DNA of 20,000 bases from an uncultured virus (IMG/VR IMGVR_UViG_3300044699_000033) (lineage: Duplodnaviria; Heunggongvirae; Uroviricota; Caudoviricetes): IMG/VR virus record IMGVR_UViG_3300044699_000033; one strand, given 5' to 3'. The stretch's first letter is position 1. Every line of letters starts with the position of its first letter. The notes beneath the pieces were generated by a model that did no database searches, had not been told where the DNA came from, and saw only the letters and a list, made by a program, of their open reading frames with translations. The position numbers and the translations under genes were made by a program. Below are positions 1 through 8,934 of the stretch, piece after piece.

Positions 1-756
1 TTCAAGGAATATCTTAGCACAATCTTTCTTACTCTTTGTCCTTAATTTTCCGTCAATGAACTTAATATGATAATTAACTAATTCTTTCTTAGAGACTGAT
101 CTTAAGAAAGCACCATATTTCTCTGTGTCATATTGCATACACCAAGCAAGGATAAACAATGCTTCTGTACTTTCCTCTGCTCTAAGTCTTCCTAAAGCAG
201 CATGTGCATCACTCTTTCTAATTTCTTCATCATCATCTATTACATCATCTGTTTCCAAAGCTAAATAGAGAGGAATTTGTTTGTCATGAGCCCATGTATA
301 TGTTGGGGCTACCATTCCCATAAATGCACCTGAAATTATACTCAGATACAAAAGAGCATGTGTTACATACTTTGTGTCATAGAACTTGTCAGCATCTTGA
401 TTTGTCAAAGAAAGGACGTTTACATCTCTATTCTTTTTCCAGAAGAAGGCATTTGAAGGGTCAATTACAGCATCTCCACCATAATTCTTAGCAATTACAC
501 CTCTCATCTCCTGAATCTGCTTCTTTACAGCTTGCTGTTCATTAGGACTATACCATCTGTACAAATCCACTTTTTCAACATCTAATCCTGTATTGAAAAC
601 AATTCTTGGATTTCCTGCCCCATCAACTCCTACTACTGTAGAATCTCTTTCTTCACTGCCTTTGAAAGGCTCACTTGTTCCTGAAAATCTGACAATAGCA
701 TCTCCTTCTTTCTTTGCTTTGTCAATTGTACTTTTAATAGCAAATCTAATACTCAT
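1..756 (-). CDS. Conserved crAss-like structural protein downstream of MCP (gene-75-like), truncated at window edge
   Basis: Missing from the ORF track because it runs off the edge. ATG at 756-754; open frame MSIRFAIKSTIDKAKKEGDAIVRFSG...KKDCAKIFLE continues to position 1 (252 codons). Preceded by AACCAAAAACCAACAAA. Assignment rests on position after MCP in crAss-like gene order. Confidence 0.75.
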   Translation of the reverse strand, partial: MSIRFAIKSTIDKAKKEGDAIVRFSGTSEPFKGSEERDSTVVGVDGAGNPRIVFNTGLDVEKVDLYRWYSPNEQQAVKKQIQEMRGVIAKNYGGDAVIDPSNAFFWKKNRDVNVLSLTNQDADKFYDTKYVTHALLYLSIISGAFMGMVAPTYTWAHDKQIPLYLALETDDVIDDDEEIRKSDAHAALGRLRAEESTEALFILAWCMQYDTEKYGAFLRSVSKKELVNYHIKFIDGKLRTKSKKDCAKIFLE

Positions 757-779
757 TTTGTTGGTTTTTGGTTATTAAT

Positions 780-833
780 GTAAACTTGGTTGGATATCCA
801 GCACTACCATCGTGGAGGTGTTTACTTAGTGCC
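780..833 (-). ncRNA. Minimal HDV-like (theta-type) self-cleaving ribozyme
   Basis: RNA GGCACU AA GUAAAC ACC UCCACGAU GGU AGUGCU GG AUAUCCAA CCAA GUUUAC. P1 GGCACU/AGUGCU (G.U wobble at cleavage site), P2 GUAAAC/GUUUAC, P3 ACC/GGU, L3 UCCACGAU (HDV genomic UCCUCGCU), P1.1 CC/GG, J4/2 C-C-A-A with predicted catalytic C at 789. P4 is reduced or absent. Confidence 0.8.
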
Positions 834-834
834 T

Positions 835-852
835 GTAGCCTTACGGGGCTAC
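835..852 (-). other. Stem-loop directly 5' of the predicted ribozyme cleavage site (3'-end protector of MCP mRNA or weak terminator)
   Basis: GUAGCC-CCGUAA-GGCUAC perfect 6-bp stem, 16 nt after the MCP stop. No U-tract follows on the coding strand. Confidence 0.6.
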
Positions 853-868
853 TTTATAGGAGAGGAAA

Positions 869-2563
869 TTAAAGAGCAGCTATTCCTGTTCTTGGGTTTT
901 TAGGTACAAGTTTCAGAAGTTTAGTTGGGTCCATGATAATTGCTGTGTCAGCAGAACCTATGAACTTAACCTGATATCCTGAAAGCTCGTCAGTTGCAGC
1001 ATGAACTTGGATGTTACTTCCATTGATATTCATACCACTTCTTAAGAATGGGTGAGTTTCGTCACCTGCTTCTACCATCATTCTCAACTTAGAACCTTTT
1101 CTTCTTACAATTACCATATTGTCTCTTGACATATTATAGTCTTCAATCAACATTGTGTATGAAGAAAGTCTGTAACCACCTGCAAGGATTGGGTTTACAA
1201 ATTCATCAGCCATTACTGGGTCAAATCCTGGTTCGTATTCTACTTGTAAGTAACCTACGTTAGGAATTTGATATTTGATGAATCTTGCAATGTTCCTTGT
1301 AAGGTTTGCGGCATTTGGTCCTGTAATGAATCCAAATTCAGCATTTTGTACAACACCTTCAACATTAAATCCTTTCTTCATCATTGCTTCATAGATAAGT
1401 TGTTGACCACCTCTACCAGTCTTAACTGTGTAAACATTGTCAGAAACACTTTCTCTATCAGGCACTTTACCTCTTTCGAAGTCTTTGATAGCATCTGTAA
1501 TGGTATCAAGTGTGAAAAGATCAATTGAATAAGAGTGCTTATAACCTGCTAAGTCCATTTGGAACCATACACCCGGTACAAGTCTTGTAGTATCATAACC
1601 ATCTCTTAATTGGTCAATTTGGTCAGACCAAATCATAAGGTCATTGTTCTGTCTTTGAATCATTGTGATTGCAAGAGAGTCCAAAAGGTTTACTAATGCA
1701 GCCTCACCATTACCCTGTGCTTTCTGAACAGCCACTTGCTCAGCAAGATGTTGATATTCAGGAGCATTTGTAAGTTTGATGAACCTGTTATCAGCAATAC
1801 CCTTTACTTGGTAAAACTCTAACACAGTATCTTCAAATTGCTTAATCTTATCTGGGGTGATTCTTGTATCACTATTCAGGTATTCAACAGCTCCAGAAGT
1901 TACTCTGTAAGATTGTTGAAGTTTAGCATTAGACAGATAGTTTCTGTACTTAGCTAAACCACCACCTGATAATTGCCATACTGCTTTGTTAGAAGAGAAG
2001 TCAAGACTTCTTGTATCAGCAATTTTAATTATTTGTCTTCCTGGTTGGAACTCTGCTTTGGTAACATATTTAACAAAGGCATTCGTATTAAGAACAGCCC
2101 AAAGTTTAAATTGCTCACCATTTTGTTCAATTCTCCTGTCTACAACAGTGAAAGAGATTCTAGAGGTAAGGTCAAACTTGAAGATGGAACCTCCCGAAAG
2201 GTCTCTTCTTGTTACTGTAAAAGGAATTTCTTCCCCGTCCATACCAAATTTGTCCCTGTCAAGTCCACCACTAACAAGTCTGTTTGTAGTGTCAATTGCA
2301 GTAGGTAAAGAGAATTCATAGAAGTCTGCACCAGAGTACATCACTTGTGCATTGTCAAGAGCAAATGTCAGCAATGGTGAATTTGTTCTTTGCTTCAGGG
2401 CCCATATATCCAAAACACCAAAGTTAATAGGTGATTCAGGAGCCATGTTAGTAACATAAGGAATATCTATGTGGTTCTTTAAACCAAGCATACTACCCTG
2501 TCCCATAAATATACCAGGGTGACCTTGTTGCCCTAACCCTGTAAGTGATTGTTGTATTGCCAT
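869..2563 (-). CDS. Major capsid protein (crAss-like)
   Basis: 564 aa; lies after TerL-portal-acidic protein, the canonical crAss-like order. Size, the internal TGxGG motif (KTGRGGQQL) and the C-terminal IMDPTKLLKL segment resemble crAss-like MCPs. Confidence 0.8.
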   Translation of the reverse strand: MAIQQSLTGLGQQGHPGIFMGQGSMLGLKNHIDIPYVTNMAPESPINFGVLDIWALKQRTNSPLLTFALDNAQVMYSGADFYEFSLPTAIDTTNRLVSGGLDRDKFGMDGEEIPFTVTRRDLSGGSIFKFDLTSRISFTVVDRRIEQNGEQFKLWAVLNTNAFVKYVTKAEFQPGRQIIKIADTRSLDFSSNKAVWQLSGGGLAKYRNYLSNAKLQQSYRVTSGAVEYLNSDTRITPDKIKQFEDTVLEFYQVKGIADNRFIKLTNAPEYQHLAEQVAVQKAQGNGEAALVNLLDSLAITMIQRQNNDLMIWSDQIDQLRDGYDTTRLVPGVWFQMDLAGYKHSYSIDLFTLDTITDAIKDFERGKVPDRESVSDNVYTVKTGRGGQQLIYEAMMKKGFNVEGVVQNAEFGFITGPNAANLTRNIARFIKYQIPNVGYLQVEYEPGFDPVMADEFVNPILAGGYRLSSYTMLIEDYNMSRDNMVIVRRKGSKLRMMVEAGDETHPFLRSGMNINGSNIQVHAATDELSGYQVKFIGSADTAIIMDPTKLLKLVPKNPRTGIAAL

Positions 2564-2592
2564 AACGTATAATTGTTTTTTATTTTACTTTC

Positions 2593-3810
2593 TTATCTTC
2601 CAAATCTTCCACTGAATTGAGTCCTTTTTACTGTAATAGGTTCATCAGCATCAGTATTAGAAGAAGAGTTTGTGGTTGCTGCAACTCTTAAAGTCTTTTG
2701 AAGACTTGCTGCTGTTGCATTAGCAGCTCCAGATGCTATGTATTTTATTACTGCATCTTTCTTTCCACCTACTAATAATGAAACAAGTTTTAATGTTTCA
2801 AAATCTTCAGGCTTACCACTTGAGAAAAGACCATCTATTTTAGAGAAGATATTGTAGCCTTTTGTTTCCTCTGAAGGAAAAGCTATCATATCATACACTA
2901 CTGCTTTTTCATCTTTTGTCAATTTCTGCTTTCCGAAGATTGGTGCCTCTATAGCTACAAGAGCTTTCTGCTCAATTTCCTCTACCATTTGCATGTATTG
3001 TTGTTGCTCAGCTTGTCTTTCTTGCATCAACTGTGTAAGAGAAGTTTGTTCTTCCTGAATAATCAAAGGCTTATAAACCTTTGCAGTGGATAGCAACTTG
3101 TCAGCTCCTTTCAGAGTTTCAACTTGTTGTTCTATCAATTCAGGAGTTTCTCCCCTTTGTTGAAGTCTTGCTCTCACGATTCTTTCTGCACCCTCAGGTG
3201 TAGTTTCATCAGCTTGAGCCACACTTTCAACATTCTTAACACCTTGAATAAAAGGTAGCACCTCAGAAGGGTCATCAACTAATTCGGAATATTTAAGAAC
3301 TGCTTGCCATGCTGGAGTTTTGGATTGGTAAATCTGTTTTACCAGATTAGTCTTTTCCTTTTCCAACCTATGATTTATTTGTAATTCAAATACTTCATCG
3401 TATTCTTCAGGAGTTTTTGGGATAAAATCTACTGTTTTTCCATCAGCAGTATCCTCTTTTATCTGAACAAACTTTCCTGATTTGATTCTGTCTTGATAAT
3501 ATCCTGAAATATCAGAAAAATCATACTTGACAGGCTCTTTCTTTTTATCATCTGCTCCAACTGCAAAAATGTCAACTTCTGTTGTAGTATCTGTTGTTGA
3601 GGCTGAAGCGGTAGTTGTATCTGTTGTAGAGCTAGCAACTGTTGTAGTGGTGTCTGTTGTAGAAGCTGCTAATGTTGTAGTTTCTGTAGTTGAAAGGATT
3701 GATATTTCTTTATCTACCCCTGTTGCTGCAAATCCACTTGGTTTAGCTTCTCCTGCTTTCCCGCCAAAAAGGTCGAGAAAGTTATCTTGACTGTAATCGT
3801 TAATTTCCAT
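2593..3810 (-). CDS. Putative scaffolding/head assembly protein (crAss gene-77-like)
   Basis: 405 aa with acidic/Thr-rich low-complexity N-terminus and helical Q/E-rich core, between portal and MCP. Has its own promoter-like element upstream. Confidence 0.6.
   Translation of the reverse strand: MEINDYSQDNFLDLFGGKAGEAKPSGFAATGVDKEISILSTTETTTLAASTTDTTTTVASSTTDTTTASASTTDTTTEVDIFAVGADDKKKEPVKYDFSDISGYYQDRIKSGKFVQIKEDTADGKTVDFIPKTPEEYDEVFELQINHRLEKEKTNLVKQIYQSKTPAWQAVLKYSELVDDPSEVLPFIQGVKNVESVAQADETTPEGAERIVRARLQQRGETPELIEQQVETLKGADKLLSTAKVYKPLIIQEEQTSLTQLMQERQAEQQQYMQMVEEIEQKALVAIEAPIFGKQKLTKDEKAVVYDMIAFPSEETKGYNIFSKIDGLFSSGKPEDFETLKLVSLLVGGKKDAVIKYIASGAANATAASLQKTLRVAATTNSSSNTDADEPITVKRTQFSGRFGR
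3578..3693 (-). repeat. Degenerate tandem repeat (4 units, 30-33 nt) encoding STT[D/E]TTTxxx
   Basis: Protein STTETTTLAA STTDTTTTVAS STTDTTTASA STTDTTTE; DNA units of the gtagtatctgttgt type. Confidence 0.8.
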
Positions 3811-3835
3811 CTTGTTGGTTTTTAAGTTGTTAATA

Positions 3836-3869
3836 CTATTATAAACATTTTAAGTTAATTTTCAAAATT
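3836..3869 (-). promoter_or_regulatory. Putative (late) promoter for scaffold-MCP operon
   Basis: AATTTTGAAAATTAACTTAAAATGTTTATAATAG aligns without gaps to the elements at 12398-12431 and 18920-18953. Confidence 0.55.
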
Positions 3870-3872
3870 TAT

Positions 3873-3911
3873 TTTAGTCTCTCTTGGGAGATTTATATAA
3901 TATAGACTAAA
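3873..3911 (-). terminator. Inverted repeat immediately after portal stop (possible terminator or stabiliser)
   Basis: tttagtct (3873-3880) pairs with agactaaa (3904-3911); an alternative internal tctc..gaga hairpin is also possible. Confidence 0.35.
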
Positions 3912-6689
3912 TTACTTCTTAGGTGTATTCTTCTTTTTCAACTCTGCTGCTGACTTATTTTCCTTAGCCACTTTCAGAGCATATTCTCCTTGAATTTTAG
4001 CTTTGTCAATTTCTGCCTGAGACTTTAACCTGTCAGATAGATTCTTATTTAAATCCTTCTGTGCATCAGCATTAATTTTCTGCTGATTTGCAAGGTTCTT
4101 ATCACCTAACTCTTTCTGTTTCAATTGATTAGCTAAATCTTTAGAAGGGTCTCCTGTTTGAAGAGGTGAGTTATCTTCAGCATTTATATTAGCTACATCA
4201 ATATTATTCTGAAGTTCCTTGTCTTGCATCAATATTTGTGTCTGTAGTTTGTCAGAATTCAGCTTCTCTTGAGCCTGAAGCTGTTGAGCCTGAAGCTGTT
4301 GTTCTTGCTGCATTCTAGCCATTTCCATCTGTTCTTGTTGCATTTCACCCTCTTTGATGAGCGTAAGTATCTTAGGAACAGAGCCTTCTATCATAGCCTG
4401 AAGCTTTGCTGAAGGTTTAATAGGAAGTGTGCCAGCATCAGCCTGAAGGTAATCACTGATTATCTTGAGATTAGCTCTGGTATTAGCTCTTGATTCAAGG
4501 TTTACATTATAGTGAGGAAGCAAATTGTCCATTCCCTCTACTTCTACCCACACATTTTCTGCCATTTCATTCTGGTAGATTTCTCTGGAAGACTGTTTGA
4601 ATGTAGTATAATACTGGGCTGCATCAATCATTCTCTGTCTAACTCTTTGCATAAGGTTAGCATGTTGTTCAAAGTACTTCTCTGTCTGTGTTTCAGAGTA
4701 GTTAATACCTTGCTGTATACCAAATGCAGTTTCAGATGCCTTTTGACCTCCCATTCTTGCTCTTGTAATACCTATGTTCTCAGCAGCCTGCCATTTTATC
4801 CTATCTGCCACATTAAGCCAGAACTCAGCTAATTGAGCTGTAGAGAGATTTAATACTGTTGGAAGGGCGGCTTGTCCCATTCCAGCCATTGCTTCCCTGT
4901 CCATACTGTACTCCAAAATAGAAGAAGTTTTAAGCCTATCTTCATATTCATCCCTTGGATCAATTCCTGGAGTGGAGGTGTTCAAGTTATTCATAGGGAA
5001 AGTTCTTCTATCCACTGCCACTTTCAGTCCATTATCATCCAAGAACTGTCTTGGAACTTTGTTCATGGCAATATTGTAGATGATTTGTAACCCTTTTCCT
5101 CTGTCAATGAATGAATGAGGATCACTATTTATATAAGAAAATTCACATCCTTCTACAGGAGGCAATGAATCAAATGGATTCTCCCTTCCTTTAAACTGGA
5201 ATTGAACTGGTCCACCATCAATATAAATAGCTTCAAAATTGTTCTGTGTACTTAGCCAGAATGAGTGTTTGGAATTAGGAGAGATTTTCATTACATGTCT
5301 CCATTCTGGAGCCCATGTCCAATCTATGTGCTCTCCATATAATAAATTATCCTTTGTTTCTTCTTTTGTTACAGATTTGTCATAAACTGGCTCAATTGTA
5401 ACTTTGTAGTTTTCATCTACCCAGTCAGGAAGGTCTCTGGAACCATCTCTGTTTATCTTTGTAAGCCAACCTATTCTTCTTAAAGATCTCCAATAGAGTC
5501 TCATTACTCTAAACATCTGAGGATGTCCTGTAACAGTTCTACCAAAGGTAGGATTGAATATGTCCATACTTAGATTGTGGTCAAAATTTGGACTTCTCAT
5601 ATAAGAATGAGCCAACTCTTGTCCAACAATCATATCATTTACTACAGGATTTAAGTCTGTAGCTTGATTATAAGGTTTGGTTAAGTCATAATATATACCA
5701 GGGTGTTGCTTTAAATAGTCTGGAATAATAAGAGCAGAAGACACTTTTACAAAGATATCTTTCAGTTTCAGCATATCTTCTTCTTTCATCTTTCTACCAT
5801 ACTTATTGATTATATCTCCAGATGACATGAAATCAAACCATAAGAAATAGTCTCCTTGAGAGACATATTTAACATTTGGTCCTTTGTGCTTATCAACCCA
5901 CTTTGGGTTCAATAGTTCCAAAGCGAAGTCATCTTCCATTAAATCAAGATGCCAGTACTCTCTATCTGTAATAAGTCCACATTCAAAACCATCAGGCTCA
6001 ATTTCTGCAAGATGGTATCTCTTGTCATGTATCTGTAACACCTTCTCTGCCCATTTAGCACCTGTTGTTCTGAATGATTTAGATTCAAATTCAATCTGTT
6101 GCAGTTGTTGTACAGTGCTCTGAAGTTGCTGTTGATATTGTTCTTGGTCTGTTTCCTCTGTAATTCCCATTTGAGCAAGAGCCATTTGCTTTTCAACTAC
6201 AGCTTGCTGCATCAATACTTGCTCAAACTTAGCTCTTTTCTCCTTAAACATCTCTGAATGGGAGAATTGGTCTACTACTTCTACAGACCATCTATTATCT
6301 CTCTTAACAAATTCTCCTCTTAGTACATCTACAAAAGGACCTAGCAAAGGGTAGAATTGTTCTAGTGGAGATTGATGCTCCTGAGGCATTGTCCATTGAA
6401 CAGCTTGGTGGAAAGGATTTATCTGTGGATTTACAATATAGTCAGATGGGTTGAGTTTGCCAGTCCTCATATCATAGTTCTTCTGTATCCTACCAGCCTT
6501 CTTTTCTACGTTATTCCAGCCAGCAATGTCATAGAAGTCAGCAACAGCTTTTATCCAATCAATTGTTTTTTCCTCTTGTGTTAACATTTGGAAAGGAAGA
6601 ATATCCTGAACATTTCCTCCAAGCATTGAATTCTTATCAAGCTTAAATCCTTTGTACAGGTCAGCTCCCCAGATTAGTTTATGTGCCAA
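3912..6689 (-). CDS. Portal protein (crAss-like)
   Basis: 925 aa, TTG start, directly downstream of TerL. Contains a GITRARMG-type motif and a long Q/K-rich coiled-coil C-terminal barrel, typical of crAss-like/podovirus portals. Confidence 0.85.
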   Translation of the reverse strand: MAHKLIWGADLYKGFKLDKNSMLGGNVQDILPFQMLTQEEKTIDWIKAVADFYDIAGWNNVEKKAGRIQKNYDMRTGKLNPSDYIVNPQINPFHQAVQWTMPQEHQSPLEQFYPLLGPFVDVLRGEFVKRDNRWSVEVVDQFSHSEMFKEKRAKFEQVLMQQAVVEKQMALAQMGITEETDQEQYQQQLQSTVQQLQQIEFESKSFRTTGAKWAEKVLQIHDKRYHLAEIEPDGFECGLITDREYWHLDLMEDDFALELLNPKWVDKHKGPNVKYVSQGDYFLWFDFMSSGDIINKYGRKMKEEDMLKLKDIFVKVSSALIIPDYLKQHPGIYYDLTKPYNQATDLNPVVNDMIVGQELAHSYMRSPNFDHNLSMDIFNPTFGRTVTGHPQMFRVMRLYWRSLRRIGWLTKINRDGSRDLPDWVDENYKVTIEPVYDKSVTKEETKDNLLYGEHIDWTWAPEWRHVMKISPNSKHSFWLSTQNNFEAIYIDGGPVQFQFKGRENPFDSLPPVEGCEFSYINSDPHSFIDRGKGLQIIYNIAMNKVPRQFLDDNGLKVAVDRRTFPMNNLNTSTPGIDPRDEYEDRLKTSSILEYSMDREAMAGMGQAALPTVLNLSTAQLAEFWLNVADRIKWQAAENIGITRARMGGQKASETAFGIQQGINYSETQTEKYFEQHANLMQRVRQRMIDAAQYYTTFKQSSREIYQNEMAENVWVEVEGMDNLLPHYNVNLESRANTRANLKIISDYLQADAGTLPIKPSAKLQAMIEGSVPKILTLIKEGEMQQEQMEMARMQQEQQLQAQQLQAQEKLNSDKLQTQILMQDKELQNNIDVANINAEDNSPLQTGDPSKDLANQLKQKELGDKNLANQQKINADAQKDLNKNLSDRLKSQAEIDKAKIQGEYALKVAKENKSAAELKKKNTPKK
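4269..4301 (-). repeat. 15-bp tandem duplication in the portal C-terminal coil (QQLQA x2)
   Basis: ttgagcctgaagctg ttgagcctgaagctg ttg. Confidence 0.7.
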
Positions 6690-6708
6690 TTTATTTTATA
6701 TTTTAATT

Positions 6709-8934
6709 TTATAACAGAGAACGTGGTTTTTGACCCTTTCTAGGAATAGTAGGTCTAATACCTCCACCTATCATACTTATAGGTCTCTTTATGATTTGTA
6801 CAGGATTCTTTTCCTGCACTTCACTTCTTCTTATTATTGCACCATTATTCTGGTGCACCTTTGCTATGAGCACTGCTGCTGCAAGAGATATAAACCTATC
6901 ATAGTTACCACTCTTGTCATTATACTGTATCAACTCTTCCAGTGACCAGTAATCATCCATCCTGTCAACTCCTTTGAGTGTTCTTATTATCTGCCCATCA
7001 GCTCCTTCTACAGTACCATATTCAGCCAGTAAATACTCTCTTAAATAAGTCTTTAGGAGCTTTCCCATCTCATTGTGGGGAGATATAACAAAGCCAAACT
7101 TTGTCTTAGCATCCATATTATTATAGTTCATATCCTTGAAGATGGGGATATGTGACTCCTTTGCAAGATGTAGCTCAGCTTTTCCTAGCCTTTGCAGGTA
7201 GTTTATGAAGTTTGGTTTAGATCTTTCTGCAAGTCCAAAAGCATTATACATCTTCATTAAAAGCCAACCTTGGTGATTTGTTGCTTCTGTTGTATTGAAT
7301 CTGCCTCTATAGGTAGCAACCACCTTATCACCTTCTATTCTTTTCTTAATCTTACCTTTTTCCTCATATTCAACTTCCACTACAGTTTTGAATATATCTA
7401 TAGAAAACACTGAATCAGAAGTAGTAGTTTCATCTGCCTCTACAGAGTCAATTCCTGCAAAGTATGTAAAGAACTTAGCACCTTTATCAGGTGGTTCATA
7501 TATTGTAACAAGTCCTCTTTTATCAGGCCATTCTTTCTTAATAGGATATTGATGTTCTGGAGGCCAAGGCATTGGAGTATATAATTCCACTTCTCCTCTT
7601 ACATTCTCTCTGAGAAGACCTTTCTGAGGTTTGTATTCCCATCTGTCTTCTCTTGTCTTTAATTCAATCCTTGCCTGCTGATTTTCCATCAAATCCACTG
7701 GAAAATAACTTACATCTCTGTGCTTGAAGGCATCATCTAAGAATATAGGGTGCTGAGATATTTCAAGCTGGTAGTCTGACCTTGATACTTTTGGGTCATC
7801 TTTTATCTGTGCATGGAACTTCTTAAGGTACTCATATGCTTCTTCTATCTTAGAATTACCATATTCATCTATATATCCAGGCATTCCCCAGTGTTCGGGA
7901 ATGTAGCAGCCTACAAGTGTAGGAACTCTATCTTTTGTAACCCATGTAGAGTTTACAGCTAAGAACCTATTAGATGTAGGTGCATACATATAATCTTTCA
8001 AAGGGATACAATCTTTCAAATCACCTACAGAACCTGCTGCAATGAACATACCTGTGGTATGTATACCACTCTCTGTGGCTGGTCTGAATGCTCCATAGGT
8101 AGTATTTAGCTTTGGTGCAATACCTGCTTCCTCATGGTAACCATAAGAAGTAGCACCACCAACTCCATTAAAAGGAGATGTTTTCAAAGAGTGACCTGAA
8201 AGTGTAGACATTCTACCTTTATACATCTTTCTACCATTCACTTTAACTTCCCATCTTTGCTGCCATGCAAATTCTTCATCAGGAAGGTTTGGTCTATACC
8301 AGTCAGTATGTTCATTAAGAAAATCTCTGTACTTATTAAAGAACTTCCATATGCCTTTTTCAATATTGATAAAGCTTGCATCTGAAGCAAATATTTTACA
8401 AACAGAGTTTTTGTCAAACCAATACTTGTTTATAACCTTTGCACAATGCAATAGAGAAGACATCATCTGCCTTTTCTTTGTCAGAATTGCATGTCTGTGA
8501 TGTACTTCTGCTCTTTTCTCATAAAGAGAAAGATGATATTGAATATCTCTTACATCAGGAAATGTATCTTTGTTATCCTTTTCCTTATTAGCAATTCTAC
8601 CATAATTAAGAACAAAGTAGTAATCTCTTGTAAGATACCATTCAGTTTTCTTACCTTTTACAATAACACCTCTTACAGACTTTTCTCCTTCTAATGTCCA
8701 GAACTCTTTTCTCTCCCTAGACTTTCTGGGAAGGTCTGTATAATAGCCATGTTCATCAAAGAATCTACCTTTCTCATTAAACCATAAAGAATCTTCATCA
8801 AACTTATAGTCACATTCATCACTCCATTTATCATCTAGGAATTCTGCAAATGCTTCTTGGCTTGAGAAATCAGTATATGTCCATGTTTCAGTGGCACAAT
8901 CAAAAGTTGGTATTTGTTTAAATGGTACAAACAT
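6709..8934 (-). CDS. terL: Terminase large subunit
   Basis: 741 aa; deviant Walker A (ILTKKRQMMSS), Walker B (YGYHEEAG), coupling motif AAGSVG, RNase H-like nuclease motif FAGIDSV and C-terminal NYDRF. Confidence 0.92.
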   Translation of the reverse strand: MFVPFKQIPTFDCATETWTYTDFSSQEAFAEFLDDKWSDECDYKFDEDSLWFNEKGRFFDEHGYYTDLPRKSRERKEFWTLEGEKSVRGVIVKGKKTEWYLTRDYYFVLNYGRIANKEKDNKDTFPDVRDIQYHLSLYEKRAEVHHRHAILTKKRQMMSSLLHCAKVINKYWFDKNSVCKIFASDASFINIEKGIWKFFNKYRDFLNEHTDWYRPNLPDEEFAWQQRWEVKVNGRKMYKGRMSTLSGHSLKTSPFNGVGGATSYGYHEEAGIAPKLNTTYGAFRPATESGIHTTGMFIAAGSVGDLKDCIPLKDYMYAPTSNRFLAVNSTWVTKDRVPTLVGCYIPEHWGMPGYIDEYGNSKIEEAYEYLKKFHAQIKDDPKVSRSDYQLEISQHPIFLDDAFKHRDVSYFPVDLMENQQARIELKTREDRWEYKPQKGLLRENVRGEVELYTPMPWPPEHQYPIKKEWPDKRGLVTIYEPPDKGAKFFTYFAGIDSVEADETTTSDSVFSIDIFKTVVEVEYEEKGKIKKRIEGDKVVATYRGRFNTTEATNHQGWLLMKMYNAFGLAERSKPNFINYLQRLGKAELHLAKESHIPIFKDMNYNNMDAKTKFGFVISPHNEMGKLLKTYLREYLLAEYGTVEGADGQIIRTLKGVDRMDDYWSLEELIQYNDKSGNYDRFISLAAAVLIAKVHQNNGAIIRRSEVQEKNPVQIIKRPISMIGGGIRPTIPRKGQKPRSLL

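Noticed and set aside
834..868. tRNA upstream of the theta-like ribozyme
   Set aside because: Only 35 nt between the MCP stop and the cleavage site, with one hairpin and no cloverleaf or T-loop GTTC motif.
6709..8934. Intein or intron in terminase
   Set aside because: Continuous 741-aa ORF of ordinary size for this group; no intein C/S...HN boundaries or homing endonuclease motifs seen.
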